Part shown: piece by piece, positions 19,285-29,615 of the stretch
Position numbering within the stretch: the stretch's first letter is position 1
Layout: each line of letters begins with the position of its first letter
Source of the DNA: Alphaproteobacteria bacterium
GTDB lineage: Bacteria; Pseudomonadota; Alphaproteobacteria; UBA7887
Reading direction: 5' to 3'
Length of the DNA stretch: 64,000 nucleotides
Assembly (NCBI GenBank): GCA_965216755.1
Contig: CBDCGL010000011.1
Coordinates: forward strand, 3,872,001 to 3,936,000
Program-made: the position numbers and the translations under genes
The notes under the pieces: generated by a model
Database searches by the model: none
What the model was told of the DNA's origin: nothing
The model's input: only the letters and a program-made list of their open reading frames with translations

Positions 19285-19947
19285 TTACGGTTCGCCCTCG
19301 CGCAAAGCGCGGACCGGCCGAAAGCTCTGCCGATGATGGGGGGTGGCGCCCTGGGCCCTAAGCGCGGCGATATGCTCGCGCGTGCCATAGCCGGCATTGT
19401 GTTCCCAGCCGTAGCCCGGAAACGCCTGGGAAAGTTCCGTCATGATACGGTCGCGCGTTACTTTGGCGATGATCGAAGCCGCAGCGATTGACAGCGAGCG
19501 GCCGTCGCCGCCTACGATGGTTGTCACCGGCACCAGCAATGTCGGCGCCCGATTGCCATCAACCAAGACGTGATCTGGCCGCCGACGAAGGCGCGCAACA
19601 GCTCGTTCCATGGCCAACAGTGTCGCACGCAAAATGTTCGCCTGGTCGATTTCGGTCACTGTCGCGAGCCCGATTCCGACGTCGGCGGTGGCCCGGATTC
19701 GGCTGTATAGAACGCGCCGTTGCGCCGCTGACAGCTGTTTGGAATCATTCAATCCGGCCGGCCAGTCGTGCTCGGCCAGCACCACCGCGGCGGCAATAAC
19801 CGGCCCCGCCAATGGTCCGCGTCCGGCTTCGTCGACACCGCACACCCGGCCGCCGATCGCGGATTCCAAGCTATAGGTTGGCGCGTCTCGATCGCTGGTC
19901 ACAATGTGGTGCAGTATAGCCCTATCTCTGACCCCTGTCAGAGACAT
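19285..19947 (-). CDS. rnhB: Ribonuclease HII
   Basis: GVDEAGRGPLAGPV, LNDSK, VDGN, SIAAASIIAKVTRD, GYGT; true start may be slightly downstream. Confidence 0.95.
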   Translation of the reverse strand: MSLTGVRDRAILHHIVTSDRDAPTYSLESAIGGRVCGVDEAGRGPLAGPVIAAAVVLAEHDWPAGLNDSKQLSAAQRRVLYSRIRATADVGIGLATVTEIDQANILRATLLAMERAVARLRRRPDHVLVDGNRAPTLLVPVTTIVGGDGRSLSIAAASIIAKVTRDRIMTELSQAFPGYGWEHNAGYGTREHIAALRAQGATPHHRQSFRPVRALREGEP

Positions 19948-19976
19948 AATTATTGTGCCAAGTTTTTATTCGATGT

Positions 19977-21047
19977 TCAAAACAGCGATAGCTGTGGACC
20001 CGGCACCTTAAACAATCCGGTTTCCAGGGCGAAATCGCGGCGGTCCATGCCATGGCGCCGTGCCGCGGCCGCGAAACGCTTGCGGATCATCTCAGCATAG
20101 GGGCCCTGACCGGTTTGCCGAAGCCCGAAGCGGGAATCGTAAAGTTGGCCTTGGTGGCTGTCCCGCATCAATGCCAAAACCCGCCGGGCGCGGTCTGGCG
20201 TGTGGGCCGCGAGCCATTCAGTGAACAAAGTCTTCAATTCGAGTGGCAAACGCAACAAAACATAGTTGGCTTCCGATGCGCCGGCCTCGGCCGCCGCCGC
20301 GACCACAGTTTCTATCTCGGGGTCGTTCAGGCCCGGAATAATCGGCGCCATCATGACCCCGGTTGGAATACCAGACTTGTGCAGCGCCGCCAGCGTTTTC
20401 AGCCGTTTGGCCGGGGTCGCCGCGCGTGGCTCCAAACGGCGCGCCAAGCCGCGATCCACTGTGGTCACCGAAAGCATGACTTTGACCAGATTTTGCGCGG
20501 CCATGGGCGCCAATATGTCAATGTCGCGGGTCACCAATGCCGATTTGGTGATAATCGCGACGGGGTGATTGTGCGCCGCCAGCACTTCCAAAATGCGGCG
20601 CGTCACTTGTTCCTCGCGCTCGATCGGTTGATAGGCGTCCGTATTGACCCCCAACGCGATGACAGCGCAGCGATATTTGTGGTGCGCCAGCTCTCGGCGC
20701 AATATTGCCGCGGCGTCGCGTTTGGCGAACAGGCGGGTTTCGAAGTCCAAACCGGGCGACAGTCCCAGATAGGCATGGGTCGGCCGCGCGAAACAATAGG
20801 CGCAGCCATGCTCGCAGCCCCGATAGGGATTGATCGATTGGTCGAAACCCACGTCAGGGGAATCATTGCGGGTAATGACGCGGCGGCTGTGATCCGTTTG
20901 CACGGTGGTGCGGGGCCGTGGCGCCAATTCCTCAGGCGGCCGCCAGCCATCGTCAAACGCCTGCCTTTGTTCGCGTTCAAACCGGCCGGATCGGTTGCTC
21001 GTTGCGCCGCGACCTTTGGTCGGCTGTACGGATGGAATTCTTTCCAT
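19977..21047 (-). CDS. PA0069-family (SplB-like) radical SAM protein, probable DNA repair
   Basis: NDSPDVGFDQSINPYRGCEHGCAYCFARPTH, NTDAYQPIE; upstream LexA box. Confidence 0.9.
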   Translation of the reverse strand: MERIPSVQPTKGRGATSNRSGRFEREQRQAFDDGWRPPEELAPRPRTTVQTDHSRRVITRNDSPDVGFDQSINPYRGCEHGCAYCFARPTHAYLGLSPGLDFETRLFAKRDAAAILRRELAHHKYRCAVIALGVNTDAYQPIEREEQVTRRILEVLAAHNHPVAIITKSALVTRDIDILAPMAAQNLVKVMLSVTTVDRGLARRLEPRAATPAKRLKTLAALHKSGIPTGVMMAPIIPGLNDPEIETVVAAAAEAGASEANYVLLRLPLELKTLFTEWLAAHTPDRARRVLALMRDSHQGQLYDSRFGLRQTGQGPYAEMIRKRFAAAARRHGMDRRDFALETGLFKVPGPQLSLF

Positions 21048-21060
21048 AAAATTATGCTAC

Positions 21061-21777
21061 ATGATGGAACGAACAAATCAAGAACATTCGGCAAAATCGA
21101 CCGCGCCATCCATCGGTGCGGTTATCCCGACATGGCAGGCGGCGACCGCAATTGTCGCGACCCTTGAAGCGCTGCGTGGCGGCGTGACAGATATGGTCGT
21201 CGTTGACGGCGGGTCAGACGACGGGACGCCAGAGATAGCCGCGCGGCAAGGTGTTCGCGTGGTCGCCGCGGCGCGCGGCCGTGGTCGCCAGCTTGGCGCC
21301 GGGGCGGCCGCCGTAGCCGGCGATTGGTTGTTGTTCATCCACGCCGACACGGTGCTGGAGCCGGATTGGGTGCACAGCGCGCATCAGTTTTGTCGGCAAC
21401 AGGAAAATCAAACCCGCGCCGCCGCGTTTCGCTTTGCCACCGACCTGTCAGGTGCCGGCGCGCGCTGGCTCGAGCGTTATGTCGCGTGGCGGTGTGGCTT
21501 TTTTGGGCTCGCTTACGGTGATCAAGGCTTGCTGATTCACAGAGAGTTTTACAATCAGCTTGGTGGCTACGCGCCGATGCCGATCATGGAGGACGTCGAT
21601 TTGGTTCGAAGAATCGGCAAGCGCCGTCTGCAAATGCTGTCGGCGGCCGCCGTGACCTCAGGCCGGCGTTACCAGAAAGCCGGTGTCTGCGCCCGTGGCG
21701 CGCGAAATTTGGCCTGTCTCATCGGTTATTTCTTGGGTGTGCCAACAACCGCTCTGGCGCGGCTCTACGGGTCATGA
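21061..21777 (+). CDS. GT2 glycosyltransferase, TIGR04283-like
   Basis: VIPT, VVDGGSDDGT, GRG.QL.AGA, LFIHADT, YGDQGL, MEDV; paired with next gene; start uncertain. Confidence 0.85.
   Translation: MMERTNQEHSAKSTAPSIGAVIPTWQAATAIVATLEALRGGVTDMVVVDGGSDDGTPEIAARQGVRVVAAARGRGRQLGAGAAAVAGDWLLFIHADTVLEPDWVHSAHQFCRQQENQTRAAAFRFATDLSGAGARWLERYVAWRCGFFGLAYGDQGLLIHREFYNQLGGYAPMPIMEDVDLVRRIGKRRLQMLSAAAVTSGRRYQKAGVCARGARNLACLIGYFLGVPTTALARLYGS
21071..21085 (-). promoter_or_regulatory. Alphaproteobacterial LexA box
   Basis: GAAC-AAATCAA-GAAC (GTTC-N7-GTTC on minus) 23 nt upstream of the radical SAM start. Confidence 0.75.
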
Positions 21778-22376
21778 CGCGTCGCGTGTTGGTCATCTTC
21801 TTGAAAGCGCCACGCATGGGCGCGGTGAAAACGCGGCTTGCGCGGGACATCGGTCGCACCGCGGCGTGGCGTTGGTACCGAAACAACAGTGCCCGGACAG
21901 TGCATCGGCTTGCCAGGGACCCGCGATGGCGGAGCATCTTGGCCGTGACACCGGACCGGTTCGCGCGACGCGGCCGTTTCTGGCCCGGTGGGCTGGCGCG
22001 TGTTGGGCAGGGGGCCGGCGATTTGGGCGCGCGAATGGCGCGCCCGTTTTGGCGCATATTCGCTGGTTGTCGGGGCACGCGCGTGGTTCTGATCGGCGGC
22101 GACATTCCGGGCATAACGCGAAGCCACATCATGGTGGCGTTCCGGGCGCTTGACGATGCCGACGCGGTTTTTGGCCCGGCGCGCGACGGCGGATTTTGGC
22201 TGGTCGGTTTGCGGCCGCGTGCGTTGACGGTGCGGCCGTTTCAAAATGTCCGTTGGTCTCACGCCCGCGTGTTGACCAACGTCATCGACAATCTCGGCGC
22301 AGATTGCCGGATTCGGTATGTTGCCACGCTGCACGATGTTGACGACGGCACCGATTGGCACTGCAGTCTAGGTTAG
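21774..22376 (+). CDS. TIGR04282/DUF2064-family transferase
   Basis: KAP..G.VKTRLA, QG.GDLG.RM, IGGDIP, FGPARDGGFWLVG, L.DVD. Confidence 0.88.
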   Translation: MTRRVLVIFLKAPRMGAVKTRLARDIGRTAAWRWYRNNSARTVHRLARDPRWRSILAVTPDRFARRGRFWPGGLARVGQGAGDLGARMARPFWRIFAGCRGTRVVLIGGDIPGITRSHIMVAFRALDDADAVFGPARDGGFWLVGLRPRALTVRPFQNVRWSHARVLTNVIDNLGADCRIRYVATLHDVDDGTDWHCSLG

Positions 22377-22904
22377 CTGTTCCTGCAAGCGCGGCATCAG
22401 CTCGACGAAATTGCATGGCCGGTAGCGGCTGTCTAGCTGATGCACCAGAATCTCGTCCCAGCCATCGCGACACGCGCCCGGGGAGCCGGGCAGGGCAAAC
22501 AGATATGTGCCGCCGGCAACACCGGCGGTGGCACGCGATTGGATGGTTGACGTGCCAATCTTCTGAAATGAGAGCATGCGAAATAACTCACCGAAACCTT
22601 CAATGGATTTCTCGTACATGCTCTCAAACGCTTCGGGTGTCACATCGCGCCCCGTCACGCCCGTGCCACCGGTGGCAATCACCACGTCGACCGCCTGATT
22701 CTCGATCCAATTTTTGAGCTGCGCACAGATTGCCGCCTGTTCGTCACGGACAATGGCACGGTCAGCCAGCTTGTGACCGGCGGCAACGACCCTTTTGGCA
22801 AGCAGATCGCCAGATTTGTCATCGCCCGACGTGCGCGTATCCGAAACAGTCAGGACCGCGATATGAATCGGCAGAAACCGCCGTGATTCGTCAATTCCCG
22901 CCAT
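22368..22904 (-). CDS. moaB: Molybdenum cofactor biosynthesis protein B
   Basis: [50 protein letters not shown]. Confidence 0.95.
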   Translation of the reverse strand: MAGIDESRRFLPIHIAVLTVSDTRTSGDDKSGDLLAKRVVAAGHKLADRAIVRDEQAAICAQLKNWIENQAVDVVIATGGTGVTGRDVTPEAFESMYEKSIEGFGELFRMLSFQKIGTSTIQSRATAGVAGGTYLFALPGSPGACRDGWDEILVHQLDSRYRPCNFVELMPRLQEQLT

Positions 22905-24786
22905 TTTGCGCCATCGTCGTCCGGTTATCGAGGCTGCTGTAGCGTGGCCAGCCGCCGCCCGCCAAAGCATCCAGTGATACCGTCGACTGCCCGAAACGAT
23001 CACGATAGGCCCACAAATTGGTCAAGACCCGACGCACATATCGCCGCGTTTCGGCCAGTGGGATGCTTTCCAAGAACATCAGCGGATCGCCCCCATCAGC
23101 AATCGTTGCGCGCCATTTGCCGAGGGTTCCGGGTCCGCCATTATAGGCGGCCAGCAGATAGATCAGATTGTCGCCAATTTCCGGATGATCGAGAAGATAG
23201 CGGACGTATTTTTGGCCGAGACTCAGATTGAGCTCCGGCGCAAAAAGCTTGTCGGCCTGTGCACCGCGATAGTCACCGCCATCGTCGATATAGCTTGCGG
23301 TACGCGGCATAATCTGCATCAGACCACGCGCGCCGCGACGACTTTTGGCGTCCGGATCAAAGCCCGATTCCTGCCGGATCACCGCCAAAACCAATGCCTT
23401 GTCGACGTCGAAACCTTTCTCCGGTGTCCACTGCGGTACCGGATACAAGGCTTGGTCGCGACCGACGGGTGTGTGTGCTGGCAGCATGCTGCCGATACGA
23501 ATTTCGACCGCCGGCAGTTGTAGAAGCTCGGCAAGCTTCAGCAAGGCGGGGCCGTGTTCGCGGCCAAGCTGCGGATAAAGGCGCCGCAATTCTTGTGCTG
23601 CCAAACCGTGCCTGCCGATTTCGCTGAGCGCGACCGCGCGTCGGGTCGCATCCAGATCGCGCACCGCAGCCAAAGGATCACTGGCGTGCAGGGTCGGCGC
23701 CCAATCGAACGCGGTCGTCTTGCCCAGTGCCCGCCGCGCGATCATGCCGTAGAAAGTGCGGGTATGGCCGGCGGCGACTTCCAGCATGTCGCTGGCCAAG
23801 GCCGGCTGGCCACGGACCGCGGCGGCGCGCGCAGCCCAATAGGCGGCGCCACTTACCAGCCAGGCATTGTCGGCGCCGGATCGTGCGGCGGCCTGGAAAT
23901 GGCGCGCGGCACCGTCGATGTCGCCCAAACGCCATGTCGCCAGGCCGGCGGTCCAATGACCATATGCAGCCACGGGTCCGTCGCGGGAAATCGCACCCTC
24001 GGCCAGATGTCGGGCCCTGTTTGGCTGACCGGCGGCCAAGAAACCGTGGCTGACTTCGGCCTGCAAGACAGACCGCGCCAGAGGTGTGGCGTGCCGGCGA
24101 AATTCGGGACGTCTCAGAATCTCGACCGCCGCGTCGAGTGTACCGCGGCGCACGCAGGCGCGGATTTCACGGGCCAGTGTGCGAATGATTTCGCGGCGTC
24201 GTGGCTCCAAGTCGCGCGGCGCCAATGCCGCAAGCGACGGCCCATGATTGTCGCCGATGCCGCCAAGATAGCCCGAATTGGGCTTTTGCGGTGCTGGCGA
24301 TTCGCTCGGCTTGCGTTTCAGCGCCAACCTGTAGACGCGGCGCGCGCCGGGCAAATCGCTGTATTTGTCGAGCCAGCCGGCAAGTTCCGCAAACGACGAA
24401 CGGTAGGCGGTTGGGTGCATATAGCGTTGAAAGGCAACATGCCCCATCAGCACCGGGTCGGATATTTGGTCGATCAACTGATCCGCGGCCCGCCATCGAC
24501 CATCATGCTGCAGCGCGAACAAGGCCTCGTACAAACGCCGGTCTTGAAGATTGAGAACGCCGCGTAATTTCTCGTTACCGGTGGTCGACGCGTCCGGCAC
24601 TTGCCAGTCGACCATCAAATCTTGGGCGCCAACGCGCGCAGCCGCGGCGCCAACAGCGTCCGACGCGGTGAGCCAAGACGGAGCAATCGTGTTTTCCGCA
24701 AGCGCCGACCCGTGGGCCAGAATCACCAAAGGCAGCACGGCTGCCATCTGTGACAAATTCAGTAATTTTCGGCGACTTTTCGACAT
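22891..24786 (-). CDS. Soluble lytic transglycosylase (SLT domain)
   Basis: AVIRQESGF, GARGLMQIMP, AAYNGGPG, ETR.YV; N-terminal signal and helical repeats. Confidence 0.9.
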   Translation of the reverse strand: MSKSRRKLLNLSQMAAVLPLVILAHGSALAENTIAPSWLTASDAVGAAAARVGAQDLMVDWQVPDASTTGNEKLRGVLNLQDRRLYEALFALQHDGRWRAADQLIDQISDPVLMGHVAFQRYMHPTAYRSSFAELAGWLDKYSDLPGARRVYRLALKRKPSESPAPQKPNSGYLGGIGDNHGPSLAALAPRDLEPRRREIIRTLAREIRACVRRGTLDAAVEILRRPEFRRHATPLARSVLQAEVSHGFLAAGQPNRARHLAEGAISRDGPVAAYGHWTAGLATWRLGDIDGAARHFQAAARSGADNAWLVSGAAYWAARAAAVRGQPALASDMLEVAAGHTRTFYGMIARRALGKTTAFDWAPTLHASDPLAAVRDLDATRRAVALSEIGRHGLAAQELRRLYPQLGREHGPALLKLAELLQLPAVEIRIGSMLPAHTPVGRDQALYPVPQWTPEKGFDVDKALVLAVIRQESGFDPDAKSRRGARGLMQIMPRTASYIDDGGDYRGAQADKLFAPELNLSLGQKYVRYLLDHPEIGDNLIYLLAAYNGGPGTLGKWRATIADGGDPLMFLESIPLAETRRYVRRVLTNLWAYRDRFGQSTVSLDALAGGGWPRYSSLDNRTTMAQNGGN

Positions 24787-24990
24787 ATACGGCAGACTTG
24801 CACGTCACTCTTGGCGATATGCTGGCGATATGTGGGCCAACGCGCCGGGCAGGATACATTTTGACCGGGCAATCATACAAATGGCGCGGAAAAAGGAAAT
24901 CCCGTGAATATCTCAGAAACATATGGTGGGCCAGGCCCGGCGCCCTCTGATCTGCCCACAAAAAGTATAAATACTAAAGTTTTCATATTG

Positions 24991-25848
24991 TTAAGGCACG
25001 TCAAGTCGGCTCTTGATCGCCAGCAAATCACGCCACGCGTCTCTTTTTTGTCCCGGCTGTCGCAGCAAATAGGCCGGGTGGTAGATGGCGATCGCGGGAA
25101 TTGGCGCGGCGCCATCTGGGCCGTCTTCGTCGGCCGTGAAATTGTGCCAACGGCCACGCAAGCGCGTTATGCCTTCTTTTCTTTTGAGCAAGGTTTTCGC
25201 GGCGATCCCGCCGACGAAGACGAGCACGCGCGGCTTGATCAATGCAACATGGCGGCGCACAAAGGGCAGGCACAGGGTGATCTCCTCCGGCGTCGGATTG
25301 CGATTTCCCGGTGGTCGCCAAAACAACATGTTGGTGATGTAGGCTGTTGTGCGGTCACGCTCGATCGTGCCCAGCATCAGGTCAAGCAGGCGTCCGGCGG
25401 CGCCGACGAAGGGCAGGCCGCGACGATCTTCTTCGGCCCCCGGCGCTTCGCCGACGAGCATCAAGTCCGAATTCGGATTGCCATCAGCGATCACCGTGTT
25501 GGCGGCTGTGCTTTTCAGCGCACAGCCATCGTAATCGCGAATCGCCTGCAACAATGCATCAAGCGAATGACAAGCCGCGGCGAGACCGTGGGCATCGGCG
25601 ACAAGGGGTTGTGGGCGGGGTGTTGGCCTGTCGCGGGGCGTGCCGGATCGATGTACGGGCGCTGGCGACGCACGGTCTTGTGGTGGCGCTGGGCCCGGTT
25701 TTGGTGCTTGCGGCGCGCCGTCGGCAAGCGCTTGCGGCGCGGTCGCGAACCGGTTGCGGGGATGTCGTCCAGTGGCTTCGTCGGCGCCGGCGTCAAGCTG
25801 CCATTTCAAGGTGGCGCGCAGCGCCGACCGACTGGCTTGGTCGGTCAC
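24991..25848 (-). CDS. Uracil-DNA glycosylase family 4
   Basis: VGEAPGAEED..G.PFVG.AG, WRPPGNRNP, YHPAYLLR. Confidence 0.92.
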   Translation of the reverse strand: MTDQASRSALRATLKWQLDAGADEATGRHPRNRFATAPQALADGAPQAPKPGPAPPQDRASPAPVHRSGTPRDRPTPRPQPLVADAHGLAAACHSLDALLQAIRDYDGCALKSTAANTVIADGNPNSDLMLVGEAPGAEEDRRGLPFVGAAGRLLDLMLGTIERDRTTAYITNMLFWRPPGNRNPTPEEITLCLPFVRRHVALIKPRVLVFVGGIAAKTLLKRKEGITRLRGRWHNFTADEDGPDGAAPIPAIAIYHPAYLLRQPGQKRDAWRDLLAIKSRLDVP

Positions 25849-25892
25849 GACAGGGCACGTGGGTGCGCGCGACTCATGTCGCCGGGTTGTAT

Positions 25893-26084
25893 CTAGATTT
25901 GTCGGTATGGGATTGGGCGCCCGCCGGCGTCCTTGACCAAAGCGCCGGACTCATCTTGGGCGGCGATGTAACGGCCATGGCCAACATGCGATCCGACATA
26001 CAACACCGGTTTCACTTTTTTGCCATTATGGGTCTTTTCCTGTGATTGCCGCGACCGTCGCGCTGGATTGTTCTTGCTTGCCAT
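25893..26084 (-). CDS. Small basic hypothetical protein (about 63 aa)
   Basis: AGGAG RBS, MASKNNPARR...NGKKVKPVLYVGSHVGHGRYIAAQ...G.PIPY. Confidence 0.7.
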   Translation of the reverse strand: MASKNNPARRSRQSQEKTHNGKKVKPVLYVGSHVGHGRYIAAQDESGALVKDAGGRPIPYRQI

Positions 26085-26347
26085 GGTCAAATGCTCCTGC
26101 TTCTAGGCGATATTGCTACCCCTCGGCGGCGGGGTGTGGACGGGTCGTGGGCGCCGGGCCACGTGCGCGACACCAAGTGCAGATTGGGTCCTCAATCGGC
26201 GGCGATGCGTCCTATATATGAGGACAAGGGAGTTTGCGCACCGACGATTGCAACTTCTTGTACCGTGACGTTTTGTGACATCGGATCGCATACGTCAACA
26301 GGGATACCGCAGTCGTCGTGGCGATCAGTGTAGTGCAGCGTGAGGCA

Positions 26348-28195
26348 ATGGTGTTGGTTCGAGACGATAGTCCTGTCGCATCACAACGATCAGACGATGC
26401 CCGTCGCAAACAGGGACGACGACGGCGGCAAACGACCTTTTGTCTGGGCATTGCCATCATTGTCGGTGCTTGCAGTGGTGCGCCGACCCGGCCAGAGGTT
26501 CAGTCAATCGCCAGCGCCTCCGACATCGCGGTAGGTGCTGGTGCGGAACTTCTCGCGACCAGCGACGAATCACCATCGGCATTGGGCAGCTACCTGGCCG
26601 CGCGCCATGCCCAAAAGAACAATGATGCCGATGCGGCCGCCGAGTTTTTTGCCCGCGCGCTAATTGAGGATCCGGGAAATCTGGAGCTCCTGCGCAACGC
26701 TATGGTGTCTGCTTTGGCATCTGGCCAGATCGATAAAGGGCTCAAATACGCGTCCCGCTACTATGACATTGAAAAGAACGCGCCCATCGCGACCTTGGCG
26801 TTGGCGTCGCGCGATGTCGCACAGTCCGAATTTATCGGTGCCATGAGTTGGTTGGAGGCGACCGAAAAGAACGGCTACAACCGCTATTTCGTGCCGCTGT
26901 TGGAAGCATGGGTGCTGACCGGACAAAAACGGCCGGAGCTTGTTGCCGAACGGCTTGAATCTCTTGAGGAGTTTTCCGCGGCCGCCACCCAGCATGCCTA
27001 CCATGTCGGCTTGATTTCGGATTTGCTGGATGATCCGGTGCAGGCCGAGACCGGTTATGCGAGCGCGGTCGGCGCGCGCCAAGGCGGGGCATTGCGTTCG
27101 GTTTTGGCCGCCGGGCGTTTTTACGAGCGTGCCGATCGTGCGGACGAGGCGCGCGCTTTGTACGACGTGTTCCAGGACGAGAATCCGGAAACACTGTTTC
27201 TTGAAACGGCGCTGCGGCGGCTTGCGACGGGCGCCACACCCGATCGTTTGGTGTCGGACGCGCGAGCCGGATTTGCCGAGGCGCTGCATGGTGCCGCGAC
27301 GGCGTTCTTCCAGGACAACGCATTCCAATTGTCACAGGTCTATGCGGCACTGGCGCTTCATATTCGGCCGGATCTGGACGTCGCGCATATGCTGTTGGGT
27401 GACATTTACACGACCCTTGGGAATAACGCGATGGCCGCCGAATCGTTTGGTGCGATCGGCGACGATTCGCCGCTCAGCTGGGCGGCCAGGCTGAGATGGG
27501 CAAGCAGCCTCGATGCCGCTGAGCAGACCGAAGAGGCGGTGGGTGTCTTGGAAGCAATGGCGTTGGAGCGACCTGAACGTGCCGATGCCCTGATCTCGCT
27601 TGGCGAACTCTATCGTATGAAGGAGCGCTATGCGGAAGCGGTCGATGTGTACGATCAGGCGTTTACGCGGGTGCCAACAATCGAACCGCGGCATTGGACT
27701 TGGCTTTATGCCCGCGGCATGTCGCTGGAGCGGACCAAACAATGGCCGCGCGCGGAAAAGGACCTTTTGCACGCCCTTGAACTGGAACCGGACCAGCCAT
27801 TGGTCTTGAACTATTTGGGTTATTCGTGGGTGGAGCTGGGGCTCAATCTCGACGAGGCGCGCGACATGATCGAACGCGCGGTCGAACAGCGGCCCAACGA
27901 CGGATATATCGTCGATAGTCTGGGCTGGGTTCTCTACCGTATGGGCGAATACGCCGATGCCTTGCCGCATTTGGAGCGCGCGGTCGAAATTCGGCCAAGC
28001 GATCCGGTCATTATCGATCATTTTGGTGATGCATTGTGGCAGGTCGGTCGTCACGAGGAGGCGCGCTTCCAGTGGCGCCGGGCATTGTCCTTCGAACCCG
28101 AACCCGATTTGGTCGAACTTATCGAGTTAAAACTCGATGGTGGCCTCACCGAGGCCCTGATGAAAAGCGACATGACCGAGTCGGACGACCTCTAA
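26348..28195 (+). CDS. Tetratricopeptide-repeat lipoprotein
   Basis: Lipobox-like VGAC, GSYLAARHA, TPR motifs LNYLGYSW, DSLGWVLY, DHFGDALW; usual position upstream of ispE; start uncertain. Confidence 0.88.
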   Translation: MVLVRDDSPVASQRSDDARRKQGRRRRQTTFCLGIAIIVGACSGAPTRPEVQSIASASDIAVGAGAELLATSDESPSALGSYLAARHAQKNNDADAAAEFFARALIEDPGNLELLRNAMVSALASGQIDKGLKYASRYYDIEKNAPIATLALASRDVAQSEFIGAMSWLEATEKNGYNRYFVPLLEAWVLTGQKRPELVAERLESLEEFSAAATQHAYHVGLISDLLDDPVQAETGYASAVGARQGGALRSVLAAGRFYERADRADEARALYDVFQDENPETLFLETALRRLATGATPDRLVSDARAGFAEALHGAATAFFQDNAFQLSQVYAALALHIRPDLDVAHMLLGDIYTTLGNNAMAAESFGAIGDDSPLSWAARLRWASSLDAAEQTEEAVGVLEAMALERPERADALISLGELYRMKERYAEAVDVYDQAFTRVPTIEPRHWTWLYARGMSLERTKQWPRAEKDLLHALELEPDQPLVLNYLGYSWVELGLNLDEARDMIERAVEQRPNDGYIVDSLGWVLYRMGEYADALPHLERAVEIRPSDPVIIDHFGDALWQVGRHEEARFQWRRALSFEPEPDLVELIELKLDGGLTEALMKSDMTESDDL

Positions 28196-28229
28196 AGGTT
28201 TTTGGTCTTTCGCCAAATAGATCACCACC

Positions 28230-29120
28230 ATGCCGACGGTTCGCGCCGCCGCGCCGGCAAAAATCAACCTTTGTTTGCATGTCACGGGCCGGCGGCCCGA
28301 CGGCTATCACCTGATCGATAGCATTGTGGCATTCGCTGCCGTTGGTGATGTGGTGACGGTCGCGCCTGCTGATGCGCTGACTTTGTCCGTCGACGGGCCG
28401 TTCGGACCGGTATTGCAGAGAGATCCAGGTGAGAACCTGGTGCTGCGTGCCGCCGCCGCGCTGCGGCGCTTGGTCGGCACGACCGTCGGTGCGCACATCC
28501 GGTTGACGAAAAACCTCCCCGTGGCAGCAGGCTTGGGTGGTGGATCAAGTGACGCGGCCGCCGCCGCGCGGGCATTGAGCCGGTTGTGGCGCATTTCGCT
28601 CACACGCCGATCGTGTGACCAATTGCTGCTGCCCTTGGGGGCCGATTTGCCTGTGTGCATGGCGGCCAGGCCGACCCGCGTCACCGGTATTGGCGACCGT
28701 CTCGTGTCGTTCGATGGTCCATGTGCCGACCTTCATATCGTGCTCGCGAATCCGGGTGTCGCCGTGCCGACAGGGGCCGTGTTCGACCGACTTGACGACC
28801 GGTTCGGCGCGCCCATACCGGTATTGGCGTCAACGACCGCACCGAGCCTGCTACGTGCTCTGGCCGCTTGTCGCAATGACTTGGAACCGCCGGCGCGCCG
28901 CATCGCGCCCCAGATCGATGCTGTGTTGGCGGCACTCAATGGGCTGCCACAATGCGCATTCGCACGCATGTCGGGCAGCGGTGCGACATGTTTTGCGTTG
29001 TTCGAATCGGCTGCGGCCGCGCGCCGCGGTGCCCAACATCTGGCGCGCACGCAACCCGATTGGTGGGTGGTCGCAACGCGCCTTAATGGTCTTGGCGCTG
29101 TCCAGGACGTGTCAGAATAA
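28230..29120 (+). CDS. ispE: 4-diphosphocytidyl-2-C-methyl-D-erythritol kinase
   Basis: APAKINLCLHV.GRRPDGYH, KNLPVAAGLGGGSSDAAA, GADLP, MSGSGATCF. Confidence 0.95.
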   Translation: MPTVRAAAPAKINLCLHVTGRRPDGYHLIDSIVAFAAVGDVVTVAPADALTLSVDGPFGPVLQRDPGENLVLRAAAALRRLVGTTVGAHIRLTKNLPVAAGLGGGSSDAAAAARALSRLWRISLTRRSCDQLLLPLGADLPVCMAARPTRVTGIGDRLVSFDGPCADLHIVLANPGVAVPTGAVFDRLDDRFGAPIPVLASTTAPSLLRALAACRNDLEPPARRIAPQIDAVLAALNGLPQCAFARMSGSGATCFALFESAAAARRGAQHLARTQPDWWVVATRLNGLGAVQDVSE

Positions 29121-29544
29121 ACACGGCGATAGGCGCGACGACGGCGGCAACGACCAACGGCAGAATCCAGTTTTCAGCGACAACAGCGAGGATTACTAGG
29201 CTGAGCGTCATGACGCTGATGGCGAGCAGTTTGGCGCGCGACGAGATGACACCGTGGCGGGTCCAATCGCGCAGCGGCGGACCAAATCGTGGGTGCGTGT
29301 AGAGCCAGTTATGGAAGCGGTCGGAGCTTTTGGAAAACGCCCACAGGGCGATAATCAGAAAAACCGTGGTCGGCAAACCAGGCACGACAACGCCAACCGC
29401 GCCAGCCCCGACATTCAGCCAAGCAAACGCAAATAATGCGTGGCGGGCACCGGGCCGCGTTAGCCAACCGCCTTGTGGTTTATCGGTTGCCGGTTTCTCG
29501 GGTGCGTCCGCGCTCTCTGGCGGGCAACTGTGGGCCATGGTCAT
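29083..29544 (-). CDS. YbaN/DUF454-family membrane protein
   Basis: G.VGVVVPGLPTTVFLI.A.WAF.KSS.RF..WL..HP.FGP.L.DW. Confidence 0.85.
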   Translation of the reverse strand: MTMAHSCPPESADAPEKPATDKPQGGWLTRPGARHALFAFAWLNVGAGAVGVVVPGLPTTVFLIIALWAFSKSSDRFHNWLYTHPRFGPPLRDWTRHGVISSRAKLLAISVMTLSLVILAVVAENWILPLVVAAVVAPIAVFILTRPGQRQDH

Positions 29545-29615
29545 GTCGTGAGGACGCTGTTCATGGTCAAAAGTGTAGGCATGTGCCGTCACGCCGACAA
29601 GCAGGCGACCAGGCG

